Shown here piece by piece: positions 19,239 to 28,470 of a stretch of DNA of 64,000 nucleotides. Position 1 is the first letter of the stretch; every line of letters begins with the position of its first letter. Origin of the DNA: Saprospiraceae bacterium (GTDB taxonomy: Bacteria; Bacteroidota; Bacteroidia; Chitinophagales; Saprospiraceae). Below the pieces are notes generated by a model that was given only the letters and a program-made list of their open reading frames with translations, searched no databases and had not been told where the DNA came from. The stretch covers positions 93,440 to 157,439 of the forward strand of contig JAHDBJ010000005.1 in the NCBI GenBank assembly GCA_020630435.1. The letters run 5' to 3'. The position numbers and the translations under genes are program-made.

Positions 19239-20099
19239 ATGAAAAAAATCAAATCTATAGCAACGCATATCTTAGATGGCAATTATGATTTTCAGTCTAT
19301 GTATGAGGAAAGAAACGAAGATGACTTGGTAACATTAAGAATCAGTTATACCCCCGAAGGTGAGGTCGAACAAAAAGATATTTTTGAATACAATGAAAAA
19401 AAACAACTCGTAAAATATACTCAATATTATGGTGATGAGATATCTCAAACAATTGACTCTTCATTTGATGAGAAAGGTAATCTAAGTTCGCAAACGATAC
19501 AATACGCTGATGGAAAAACCTCTACTATAAAATATGAAGATGATCCAGCAGAAAATTCAGAAACCAAACTTTTTTATAATGAAACAAATGAAACAGAGGG
19601 TAAAGAGTATCGAGTTTTTGACAAAGAGGGCAATATCATAGAAGAAATTATCTACGATGAAACGGGCGCAATTGAAAGTCATCAAAAAGTGGACTTTGAT
19701 GATTACCACAATCCTTTAAAATTATATACCCGAGAGCCAAGTGGCGTAGAATTTACCCAGTTTTTCTTTTATGACCGTGATGATAAAGGATACTTAGACA
19801 ATGTTATTGTAAAAGATAAAGACAGTAAAGTATTAAGAAGAGAAGACTACGAAACCGATGACAAAGGCAATCGAACCTACCACGAAATCAATAATTACTA
19901 TGAAGGTTGGGGACGCATCTACGAAATGGAGTACAATGATCAAGATAAACTGATCAAATACGGTGCTTTTGATGCAAATGAAGCCCCTTTATCAGAGACT
20001 ACCTATCAATACGATGGAGATGGGAATTTAACACAAGAAGAAACCATCACCAAGGCTGGTAAAATCACCAAAAAAATTGCCTATGAATTTTGGACATAG
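19239..20099 (+). CDS. Small YD/RHS-like repeat protein, hypothetical
   Basis: Recurrent YxYDxxGN-type repeats (TTYQYDGDGNL, EIIYDETGAIE, FFFYDRDDKGYL). No signal peptide. Confidence 0.4.
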   Translation: MKKIKSIATHILDGNYDFQSMYEERNEDDLVTLRISYTPEGEVEQKDIFEYNEKKQLVKYTQYYGDEISQTIDSSFDEKGNLSSQTIQYADGKTSTIKYEDDPAENSETKLFYNETNETEGKEYRVFDKEGNIIEEIIYDETGAIESHQKVDFDDYHNPLKLYTREPSGVEFTQFFFYDRDDKGYLDNVIVKDKDSKVLRREDYETDDKGNRTYHEINNYYEGWGRIYEMEYNDQDKLIKYGAFDANEAPLSETTYQYDGDGNLTQEETITKAGKITKKIAYEFWT

Positions 20100-20685
20100 G
20101 GGCATCAAGCCACTATTTTTTTGCCTTCTTTTATGGAGTTGTGGTACTATAAATAAACCGCCCACTTCTCCAAGGTCTATCCCCAAAGGCATCGTTTTCA
20201 AAAAACTGCGTGCCTTGGATCTTAGCGAAGATATGAGTAGGCTTTCAAGCAAAAATGACGAACTTCTTCTAATCATTAACCTTGTACAAACACAGCCCAC
20301 GAATAGAATTCTTCCGAATAAAATCATCTATGATAAGCTATTATTAGATACGACTACGACTGTTGTTATGCTGGGAGATACGCTCCATTTTCCTAGTCAA
20401 TTAGACGATTTGGGATTAAGTATTCTATTAATTGAACTGGATGAAACCAATTCAATTCAGCAAAATATTTCAGCGGCTCAACAATTATTATCAATAATGG
20501 ATTTTTCAAAACCGATCCAAAACCGTTTGGATTACAATCGTATCTTTGCAGATGATGATTTACTGGGATTTGATTTTTTTTCAATAAAAAAAATACTAAA
20601 AAACACGATCTATACCCATAAAATTGAAGGTATCTCTCTTATTGATAAATACGACTATCGTCTAGTATGGGAATTAATCTATTAA
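20077..20685 (+). CDS. Hypothetical lipoprotein
   Basis: Lipobox LLLWSCG near the N-terminus. Overlaps the preceding stop by 23 nt. The real start may be the second ATG at 20083. Confidence 0.4.
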   Translation: MPMNFGHRGIKPLFFCLLLWSCGTINKPPTSPRSIPKGIVFKKLRALDLSEDMSRLSSKNDELLLIINLVQTQPTNRILPNKIIYDKLLLDTTTTVVMLGDTLHFPSQLDDLGLSILLIELDETNSIQQNISAAQQLLSIMDFSKPIQNRLDYNRIFADDDLLGFDFFSIKKILKNTIYTHKIEGISLIDKYDYRLVWELIY

Positions 20686-20700
20686 AACTCTAATCAAAAC

Positions 20701-21210
20701 ATGGAACACTCGATCCTGACAAACATACAATCCAAAATTCAAACTTGGGATGCCGCTGCAGCTACGATTGCTCAATGGAAAATCAATGGACAAACGGTTA
20801 TATTTACGAATGGTTGTTTTGATATCATACACTATGGGCATCTGCATTATCTTGCTGATGCTAAAGCACTTGGCGATAAATTGATAGTAGGGTTAAATGC
20901 CGAAGCCTCTGTTAAGCGATTGAAGGGCAAGCATCGTCCTATTAACGATAGTTTGACAAGACGGTATATGTTAGCATCTCTCGAATTTGTCGATATGGTC
21001 GTAGAGTTTGAAGAAGACACTCCTTTTAACCTTATTCAAACTTTAATGCCCAATATTCTAGTCAAAGGTGGCGACTGGCAAGTCCACCAAATCGTAGGAG
21101 CAGATATTATTCTAGCAAATGATGGCAAAGTTTTGAGCTTACCCTTTGTCGAGGGGTATTCAACCACAAATATTGAACAAAAAATCATCAAAAACAGCAA
21201 ACCTTCTTAG
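20701..21210 (+). CDS. rfaE2: D-glycero-beta-D-manno-heptose 1-phosphate adenylyltransferase (RfaE domain II, cytidylyltransferase fold)
   Basis: VIFTNGCFDIIHYGHLHYL nucleotidyltransferase motif. Size 169 aa. Confidence 0.75.
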   Translation: MEHSILTNIQSKIQTWDAAAATIAQWKINGQTVIFTNGCFDIIHYGHLHYLADAKALGDKLIVGLNAEASVKRLKGKHRPINDSLTRRYMLASLEFVDMVVEFEEDTPFNLIQTLMPNILVKGGDWQVHQIVGADIILANDGKVLSLPFVEGYSTTNIEQKIIKNSKPS

Positions 21211-21337
21211 GAGCAAAAATGTAGTAATACGAGAGTATTTAATATCGGATAACAGCATATTCCAAATTCTGTAATCCACATTTTATTGTACATGACCAAA
21301 ATCCCCTATATTTGCGGTCTCATTTAAAAATGCACCT

Positions 21338-22066
21338 ATGAGTCAGGACATCAAGCCCTATCAAAAAGAAGGCAGTAAAAAGAAGCAAGTCTCTAATATG
21401 TTTGACAATATTGCTCCTTACTACGATTTTCTAAATCATTTTTTGTCTTTGGGCATCGATAAAAGTTGGCGAAGAAAAGCGGTTAAGGTTCTAGAGAAAG
21501 ATAATCCTAAGAAAATACTTGATGTAGCTACAGGTACAGCTGACTTTGCGATAGAAGCCAACAAACATTTGCAACCTGAAAGCATAATTGGCGTAGATAT
21601 ATCAGAAGAGATGTTGTCTATTGGTCGTACCAAAATTGCCAAGAAAGGATTGGAAAATATTATCCAATTACAATCGGGTGATTCTGAAAATTTACCCTTT
21701 GAAGACAATAGTTTCGACGCTATTATCGTTGCATTTGGAGTGAGAAATTACGAGAACTTGGAGAAAGGACTAAAAGAAATGAATCGAGTACTCAAACGAG
21801 GTGGTAAACTGGTTGTACTTGAATTTTCAAGACCCTCTATTTTTCCTTTCAAACAGTTATTTAATTTTTATTTCAAATATATTTTGCCAACTATTGGGCG
21901 TATCACCTCAAAAGACAAAAAAGCCTACAGTTATCTTTATGAGTCTGTACAAGCCTTTCCAGATGGCAAAGATTTTTTAAATGTTTTAGAAAAAACGGGG
22001 TATCACTCTACAAAAGATACACCACTTACCTTAGGAATATGCTCAATATACACAGGAAAAAAATAA
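21338..22066 (+). CDS. ubiE: Demethylmenaquinone / ubiquinone-menaquinone C-methyltransferase
   Basis: MFDNIAPYYDFLNHFLSLGIDKSWRRKAV N-terminus and the SAM motif ILDVATGTADF are diagnostic of UbiE/MenG. Confidence 0.9.
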   Translation: MSQDIKPYQKEGSKKKQVSNMFDNIAPYYDFLNHFLSLGIDKSWRRKAVKVLEKDNPKKILDVATGTADFAIEANKHLQPESIIGVDISEEMLSIGRTKIAKKGLENIIQLQSGDSENLPFEDNSFDAIIVAFGVRNYENLEKGLKEMNRVLKRGGKLVVLEFSRPSIFPFKQLFNFYFKYILPTIGRITSKDKKAYSYLYESVQAFPDGKDFLNVLEKTGYHSTKDTPLTLGICSIYTGKK

Positions 22067-22746
22067 TTGGATGTTTAGCCTTAGTTCTAGTTTTTCTAAC
22101 GGCCCAAGCACAACGTGGAAATTATAATTATTTAGACTTTGCTAGTAAACCGTATTATTTTGGGATTACTATCGGGTACAATAATGCTAATTTTAAAGTC
22201 TTTCACTCTAAAAATTTCATCTTAAATGATAGTATTGCCACCGCAGAATCTATCTCTGGACCTGGTTTTAACTTAGGAATTATTACCAATCTTAAAATTG
22301 GGAACAACTTTGACCTTAGATTATTACCAACACTCTCATTTGCAGAACGTAATTTGGCGTACACCCAAACACGTGAAGATGTTTTTAGAGATCGAAAAGT
22401 AGAATCCGTTTTCGTAGAACTCCCTTTTCATGTCCGTTATAAATCAGAACCATATAACGATATACGACTATTTGTAATAGCTGGTGTAAAATATTCTTTT
22501 GATGTGGCTAGTGATTCAAGAACACGACAAGCTGCTGATTTAGTGAAGATTTCGCCTACAGACTTTGCAGTAGAATATGGAGTGGGTGCTCAATTCTTTT
22601 TCCCTTACTTCATCTTTTCTCCAGAATTTAAAATGTCGCATGGTGTAAGTAATATCCTTATTTTTGATCAGGATCTCAGACAGTCAACAGTCTTGGAAAA
22701 AATATTATCTAGAACATTTACTATCTCATTTAACTTTGAAGGATAA
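22039..22746 (+). CDS. Outer-membrane beta-barrel protein, PorT/SprT-like (T9SS-associated family)
   Basis: Signal peptide (LTAQAQ), ~210-aa alternating-hydrophobic beta-strand pattern, C-terminal aromatic residue. Translationally overlaps ubiE by 28 nt. A ubiE-porT arrangement is recalled from several Bacteroidota (memory, unverified). Confidence 0.45.
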   Translation: MLNIHRKKIIGCLALVLVFLTAQAQRGNYNYLDFASKPYYFGITIGYNNANFKVFHSKNFILNDSIATAESISGPGFNLGIITNLKIGNNFDLRLLPTLSFAERNLAYTQTREDVFRDRKVESVFVELPFHVRYKSEPYNDIRLFVIAGVKYSFDVASDSRTRQAADLVKISPTDFAVEYGVGAQFFFPYFIFSPEFKMSHGVSNILIFDQDLRQSTVLEKILSRTFTISFNFEG

Positions 22747-22794
22747 AACGATTTCGCTAGATTTTGTTTAAAGACCAATTTAGTATTGATCAAA

Positions 22795-23379
22795 TTATTC
22801 ACAACCGCAACGTTCTTTTACCATTTTAATAACATCTGGAAAGAAAATATTAAACTCCCGATCATAGTCGGCTTCGTATTCTAGTAAACTATCAACTGCT
22901 TTGGGAAATTGATTGTCAAATTTTGTTCGTTTGGATAATCGTTCAAAAGTGTAACGCTGTCCTTCTACTGTACCATATGAAATCAACCAATTGTGTGCTA
23001 TCATTGATTCTACCCTAGAATGGAGTCTCTCTGGCATTTCTTTAAGTCCTCTTTCTAAAATAACATACATATTATTCGCAAACGTTTGAAGGGATATAGC
23101 TGAATATTTTTCCCAGTTTTTGACGAGGATATAATCATAAAATATATCTACAACTACTGGTGCATATTTATGGTGGATCGGTTGCAAACGCTTCGTCCCT
23201 TGTTTAACCATAGGATGCTTATCCGTGAAACTATCAATTGCACGATGCAAATATACCCCTTCCAATATTGATGCCTTTAAGTCCTCTAATTCTCTATTTT
23301 TAATAAAATCCCCTAGAAAATTGCCAATTACAAGATCCTCATCTTGACAAGAAAGGTATAAATGCGCCAGAAAATTCAT
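22795..23379 (-). CDS. acpH: Acyl carrier protein phosphodiesterase
   Basis: MNFLAHLYLS N-terminus and overall HD-like pattern characteristic of AcpH. Confidence 0.65.
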   Translation of the reverse strand: MNFLAHLYLSCQDEDLVIGNFLGDFIKNRELEDLKASILEGVYLHRAIDSFTDKHPMVKQGTKRLQPIHHKYAPVVVDIFYDYILVKNWEKYSAISLQTFANNMYVILERGLKEMPERLHSRVESMIAHNWLISYGTVEGQRYTFERLSKRTKFDNQFPKAVDSLLEYEADYDREFNIFFPDVIKMVKERCGCE

Positions 23380-23417
23380 TCTTCAATTTTAAAAAACAGA
23401 TAAAAAGAAAATTCTCC

Positions 23418-23425
23418 TATCTTTG
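23418..23425 (+). promoter_or_regulatory. Putative -7 box TATCTTTG upstream of ychF
   Basis: TAnnTTTG match 60 nt upstream of the ATG. It shares the 11-mer CTTTGCAGCCG with the region upstream of hup (3668). Confidence 0.3.
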
Positions 23426-23484
23426 CAGCCGAATTTTCTGAATATTCAATGAATAAAAATTAACACCATTCAAATTTACGAAAT

Positions 23485-24585
23485 ATGGCTTTAAAATGTG
23501 GTATTGTTGGGCTTCCAAATGTAGGAAAATCTACTTTATTCAATGCACTTTCTTCAGGAAAGGCACTAGCCGCTAATTATCCTTTTGCAACAAAAGATCC
23601 CAATGTAGGCATGATTACTGTTCCAGATAAACGTTTGGATCAATTAGCCGAACTAGTAAACCCTCAAAAAATCATTCCTACAACAGTAGAAATTGTTGAT
23701 ATTGCTGGATTGATTAAAGGCGCCAGTAAAGGAGAAGGTTTAGGGAATCAATTCCTTGCCAACATCCGTGAGGTAGATGCAATAGTTCATGTCGTTCGAT
23801 GTTTTGAAGATGGTAATGTAGTTCATGTAGATGGAAATGTTGATCCTGTAAGAGATAAAGAGGTCATTGACATGGAGCTTTTATTGAAAGACATGGATAC
23901 GGTTGAAAAACAAGTTGAAAAATTCAAGAAAAATGCAAAAGCTGGTGATAAAGCTGCCGTCAACATTTTAAATATTGGCTTAAAAATAAAAGAACATTTA
24001 GAAAATGAAAAACCTGCTCGTTCCATCGAGCTAGACGATGACGAAGAAAGAGATATTCTGAAAAGTATGATGCTCCTAACCGCTAAGCCTGTAATATATG
24101 TTTGCAATGTTGACGAAGCCTCTGTCAATGATGGGAACGAGCATACTGCACAGTTCAAAGAAATTGTTGCCAATGAAAATGCTCAAGTGCTTTATGTAAG
24201 TGCAGGCATCGAAGCAGAAATTGCGGAGCTGGAAACCCTAGAAGAAAGACAAGAATTTTTGCTAGACATGGGATTAGAAGAAGCGGGTGTGAATAAATTG
24301 ATACGAGCTTGTTATGCCATTTTGGATCTGATTACCTACTTCACGGCAGGTGAAAAAGAGGTGCGAGCATGGACTGTCCAAAAAGGTTCGACGGCTCCTA
24401 AAGCCGCTGGTGTCATTCATACTGATTTTGAAAAAGGATTTATTCGAGCTGAAGTTATCAAATATGATAATTTCATCCAGTTTGGTTCAGAACAGGCTGT
24501 TAAAGAAGCAGGAAAACTTCAAGTAGAAGGTAAAGAATATATCGTTCAAGACGGAGATGTGATGCACTTTAGATTTAATGTTTAA
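23485..24585 (+). CDS. ychF: Redox-regulated ATPase YchF (Obg-family)
   Basis: GIVGLPNVGKSTLFNAL P-loop, the TGS C-terminal domain, 366 aa. Confidence 0.95.
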   Translation: MALKCGIVGLPNVGKSTLFNALSSGKALAANYPFATKDPNVGMITVPDKRLDQLAELVNPQKIIPTTVEIVDIAGLIKGASKGEGLGNQFLANIREVDAIVHVVRCFEDGNVVHVDGNVDPVRDKEVIDMELLLKDMDTVEKQVEKFKKNAKAGDKAAVNILNIGLKIKEHLENEKPARSIELDDDEERDILKSMMLLTAKPVIYVCNVDEASVNDGNEHTAQFKEIVANENAQVLYVSAGIEAEIAELETLEERQEFLLDMGLEEAGVNKLIRACYAILDLITYFTAGEKEVRAWTVQKGSTAPKAAGVIHTDFEKGFIRAEVIKYDNFIQFGSEQAVKEAGKLQVEGKEYIVQDGDVMHFRFNV

Positions 24586-24699
24586 ATGTAGCATATAAAG
24601 TTCTTTTTATAGCAGTTTCAAATTTGTACCTATCCATATATTAAACCATTATTTTATAAAAAATAATAAATACTATCTTTATTATTTACCCGAATCGCT

Positions 24700-24707
24700 G
24701 TATTTTT
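24700..24707 (+). promoter_or_regulatory. Putative -7 box TATTTTTG upstream of the dehydrogenase gene
   Basis: TAnnTTTG match by eye. Confidence 0.25.
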
Positions 24708-24840
24708 GCGGCTCGAAAAGTGGGTTCTGATTTTTCAAAGCTATGAAGTAGTTTTGAATATCTACTACATTAAATAAACAATGATTAAAACTGAATTTTG
24801 TAAGACAATCAAAAGGAAGTACAATAAATTTTACACAATA

Positions 24841-25794
24841 ATGAAAACAATCAAAATCCTAGCAAACGACGGCATCCATATCGATGGTCAGAAAGCCTTG
24901 GAAGCTGCTGGCTACCAAGTTGACACTAGCAAAATTGCGCAAGATGAATTACCAACAAAATTAAATGACTATGATGTAGTAATTGTAAGAAGTGCTACAA
25001 AAATCAGAAAAGATCTGATTGATCAATGTCCTAATTTAAAAGTAATCGCCAGAGGAGGTGTTGGATTAGATAATATTGATGTCGCTTACGCTAAAGAAAA
25101 AAATATCCCTGTTTACAATACACCTGCCGCTTCTTCTCAAGCAGTCGCAGAACTTGTATTTGGACATTTCTTCACCTTAGCTCGTTTCCTTCAGAATGCG
25201 AATAGAGATATGCCAACAAAAGGAAATATCGAATTTAAAGCCTTAAAGAAAAGCTATGCTAAAGGCATACAGCTAAGAGGTAAAACATTAGGAGTTATTG
25301 GTTTTGGAAGGATTGGACAAGAGACTGCAAAAATCGGTTTAGGACTTGGTATGAATGTAATCGCTGCTGACTTATATGTAGAGCAAGCGACCATCAACTT
25401 GGACATCAATAACCAACGTGTACCTGTAACCTTAAATACGGTCGCTCTAGAAAAACTTCTAGCAGAAAGTGATTTTATCTCACTTCATGTACCAAGTGTT
25501 GGAAAACCAATCATTGGTACGGATGAAATTGCTGCGATGAAAGAGGGTGTTGTTCTAGTAAATGCAGCTAGAGGGGGTGTTGTTGATGAAGCGGCTCTTT
25601 TAGACGGTTTGGATTCTGGTAAAATATTCGCAGCAGGTCTAGATGTATTCGAATCTGAGCCTACTCCCAATGCGGCTTTATTAAATCATCCTAGAATTTC
25701 TGTATCGCCTCACATTGGAGCATCAACCGTGCAAGCACAAAAAAATATAGGGATGGAACTAGCGGAAAAGATTACTGGTTTTTTTCAAAATTAG
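24841..25794 (+). CDS. serA: D-isomer-specific 2-hydroxyacid dehydrogenase (short-form phosphoglycerate dehydrogenase-like)
   Basis: NAD-binding GKTLGVIGFGRIGQ, catalytic R/E/H region (ARGGVVDE...HIGAST). The track ORF starts at 24781. The internal ATG at 24841 (MKTIKILAND) fits the family N-terminus better. Confidence 0.7.
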   Translation: MKTIKILANDGIHIDGQKALEAAGYQVDTSKIAQDELPTKLNDYDVVIVRSATKIRKDLIDQCPNLKVIARGGVGLDNIDVAYAKEKNIPVYNTPAASSQAVAELVFGHFFTLARFLQNANRDMPTKGNIEFKALKKSYAKGIQLRGKTLGVIGFGRIGQETAKIGLGLGMNVIAADLYVEQATINLDINNQRVPVTLNTVALEKLLAESDFISLHVPSVGKPIIGTDEIAAMKEGVVLVNAARGGVVDEAALLDGLDSGKIFAAGLDVFESEPTPNAALLNHPRISVSPHIGASTVQAQKNIGMELAEKITGFFQN

Positions 25795-25810
25795 TAGTAG
25801 CCCTATTTTA

Positions 25811-25868
25811 ATACCAATAAAAAACGCTCAATTCGATGTATTGAATTGAGCGTTTTTTATTGGTATTA
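25811..25868. terminator. Bidirectional rho-independent terminator with an extended symmetric arm ACCAATAAAAAACGCTCAATTC / GAATTGAGCGTTTTTTATTGGT
   Basis: ~22-bp inverted repeat with A-run and T-run on either side, read from the sequence. Confidence 0.7.
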
Positions 25869-26027
25869 GAGTTAATCTAGTGAGAATATTTTAGAAGAGC
25901 TATAAATTTTTTCGATCCATTTGTATTTTGGGAATTGAGGAAATTTCCTGTCGATGAATAAATCTATTTTGTCTTAAAAAACTAAAACAAAATATCATCT
26001 AAATAGGATTTTTCGTATATTGAATAC

Positions 26028-27107
26028 ATGGAAAAACGTCAAATCTACTTGCTTCTTTTTGGCATAATCGCCCTCTCTGCTATTTTTTATTATAAAGGTC
26101 ATCTGAAAAAATCAGGAGCCGCTCTAAGTTGGGAGATTAAAAAGCAAAAAAGTTTATTTGAATCGTTTTCTACACAAGATATTGTCAAGGTAGAATTGGA
26201 GAGTGATTTGGAAGACTTGATCAATAATCGAAACCATGACGATTATAAGCCTGCAAAGTTTTCTTATAGTGATTCAAATGGAAGTACTTTTTCCTATACA
26301 ATTAAAGTAAAACCAAGAGGTAAATACCGTAGAAGAATCTGTGATTTTCCAAGTATCAAAATTAAATTTAAAAAAGACGATTTAAGATCTGCAAACTTTA
26401 GCACATTTAATGCCTTTAAATTGGTGACCCATTGTCTGGACAATCCTCAAGAGAGTAAAGAAAATATTTTAAAAGAATATCTAGCGTATAAACTCCTCAA
26501 TCAATTGACCGATGAAAGTTTTAGAGTACAACTTTTAAAAATAAAATATAAAGATAGTAAGGGAAATCTTGAAGATATCGACCGCTATGGTTTTTTGATT
26601 GAGAGTAAAAAAGAACTAGCAAAACGACTTGGTGTACGCCCCAATAAACAAGCCTTTATTTCGCCTGATAGTATCCATCAAGAAGGCTTAAATTTTGCAG
26701 CCTTATTTCAATATATGATAGGAAATGAAGACTGGCAAACTGCCCCAATTGTCAAGAATGTAGAACTCATAAAAAAACATGGAACGTCAACCTATAAAGT
26801 CATTCCTTATGATTTTGATTTTAGTGGTCTCGTCAATACAAGTTATGCAAAGCCTAATAGTGATTATGGACTTAACAGTGTAAAAGACAGACATTTTCTA
26901 GGAACTGCTAAGAACAAAAAAGAAATAGAAGATATTGCACAATACTATCTATCGAAAGAAGAAGATTTGATGGCTTATTGTCAAAATTTCAGATTGCTTC
27001 CCGCAGATTCAAGAGAAGAGGTTCAATCCTATCTAACTTCTTTTTATGATTTATTAAAGAAAAGAAAGGTTCTAAAAACATACACCTATAATACAAACAA
27101 CAATTAG
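26028..27107 (+). CDS. CotH-like family protein (membrane-anchored)
   Basis: N-terminal TM helix. MIGNEDWQTAPIVKN...YKVIPYDFDFSG resembles the CotH kinase-family GNxDW / IPWDxD region. Confidence 0.4.
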   Translation: MEKRQIYLLLFGIIALSAIFYYKGHLKKSGAALSWEIKKQKSLFESFSTQDIVKVELESDLEDLINNRNHDDYKPAKFSYSDSNGSTFSYTIKVKPRGKYRRRICDFPSIKIKFKKDDLRSANFSTFNAFKLVTHCLDNPQESKENILKEYLAYKLLNQLTDESFRVQLLKIKYKDSKGNLEDIDRYGFLIESKKELAKRLGVRPNKQAFISPDSIHQEGLNFAALFQYMIGNEDWQTAPIVKNVELIKKHGTSTYKVIPYDFDFSGLVNTSYAKPNSDYGLNSVKDRHFLGTAKNKKEIEDIAQYYLSKEEDLMAYCQNFRLLPADSREEVQSYLTSFYDLLKKRKVLKTYTYNTNNN

Positions 27108-27213
27108 ATTAGAATTTAATCCAATTTTTTGAAATGTATTTTCACAATACAATCTTTCATTTTTTATTGAAAATATTGAAAATTAGTTTTATTTTTATAA
27201 TCGAAAATGTAAA

Positions 27214-28443
27214 TTGTATATTTGTTACAAAAGAAAATTTCCAATGAATAGCAGTCCAACAATAAACTTCATCATCAACAATCCTAAGCTAAATCCTATA
27301 CTAAAGACTATTGCTCAAAAAGTACTTGCCAATGAACGAATTTCAGAGGAGGAAGGTCTTCTTCTATTTGAGCAAGGAGAATTGGGCTATTTAGGTGCTT
27401 TGGCAAATCACATTCGAGAAAAAAAACACGGAAACCATACCTATTTTAACCGTAACTTTCACGTTGAACCAACGAATATCTGTTTATATACTTGCACTTT
27501 TTGTTCTTATTCTAGGCTTATCAAAAAAAGAGAAGAAGGTTGGGAGTATACCCTAAATGAAATTATGGACATCATCAAACAGTATGATGAAAAACCTGTA
27601 ACAGAAGTACATATCGTAGGAGGGGTATTACCGCAGTATGATGTTCCTTTTTATACTGAATTATTCAAAACCATTCGACAACATCGACCCGAATTGCATA
27701 TAAAAGCATTAACGCCTGTAGAATATCATTACATTTTCAAAAAAGCTAAAATTAGCTATGAAGAGGGAATGCAACAAATGCTAGAAGCAGGTTTGGATTC
27801 GATGCCTGGTGGTGGTGCAGAAATTTTCCATCCCGAAATCAGAGATCAAATCGCAGGAGGAAAATGCACAGGAGAACAATGGTTACGCATCCACGAAATC
27901 TGGCACAAGCTAGGGAAACGTTCTAATGCGACAATGTTATACGGACATATTGAGGAATTTAAACATCGTATTCACCACCTCGAAGCCCTTCGACAACTTC
28001 AAGATAAAACAGGCGGTTTTCAGACATTCATCCCCTTAAAATTCCGCAATCAAAATAATGAGATGTCTCATGTCCAAGAATCGACCGTAATAGAAGATTT
28101 AAGAAATTATGCTATTAGTCGAATATATTTAGATAACTTTGATCATATCAAAGCCTATTGGCCAATGATAGGACGCACAACGGCACAGATGTCTCTTGCC
28201 TTTGGTGTAGACGATATTGATGGTACAATTGACGATACGACGAAGATATATTCTATGGCAGGAGCTGAAGAACAAAATCCTGCGCTTAGTACAGAGGAAC
28301 TGGTTAAAATGATTCGATTAGTAGGAAGGAAACCAATAGAGCGAGATACCTTATATAATATAGTTAAAGATTACACCGATATCGTTTTTGAAAGCGATAA
28401 AGTATTTAAAGGCTATGTTTCTTTGCCCGTAGTTAAGCCCTAG
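27214..28443 (+). CDS. Radical SAM enzyme of the MqnC/MqnE family (menaquinone biosynthesis via futalosine)
   Basis: CLYTCTFCSYS CX3CX2C cluster motif with family-typical flanks (FHVEPTNIC..., GGGAEIF). Start may be the ATG at 27244. Confidence 0.6.
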   Translation: MYICYKRKFPMNSSPTINFIINNPKLNPILKTIAQKVLANERISEEEGLLLFEQGELGYLGALANHIREKKHGNHTYFNRNFHVEPTNICLYTCTFCSYSRLIKKREEGWEYTLNEIMDIIKQYDEKPVTEVHIVGGVLPQYDVPFYTELFKTIRQHRPELHIKALTPVEYHYIFKKAKISYEEGMQQMLEAGLDSMPGGGAEIFHPEIRDQIAGGKCTGEQWLRIHEIWHKLGKRSNATMLYGHIEEFKHRIHHLEALRQLQDKTGGFQTFIPLKFRNQNNEMSHVQESTVIEDLRNYAISRIYLDNFDHIKAYWPMIGRTTAQMSLAFGVDDIDGTIDDTTKIYSMAGAEEQNPALSTEELVKMIRLVGRKPIERDTLYNIVKDYTDIVFESDKVFKGYVSLPVVKP

Positions 28444-28470
28444 ACCGCCCATTATGACATAAAACGAACT

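Noticed and set aside
24781-24840. Upstream extension of the dehydrogenase ORF (MIKTEFCKTIKRKYNKFYTI)
   Set aside because: The basic, non-conserved extension overlaps the putative promoter box. The internal Met matches the family N-terminus.
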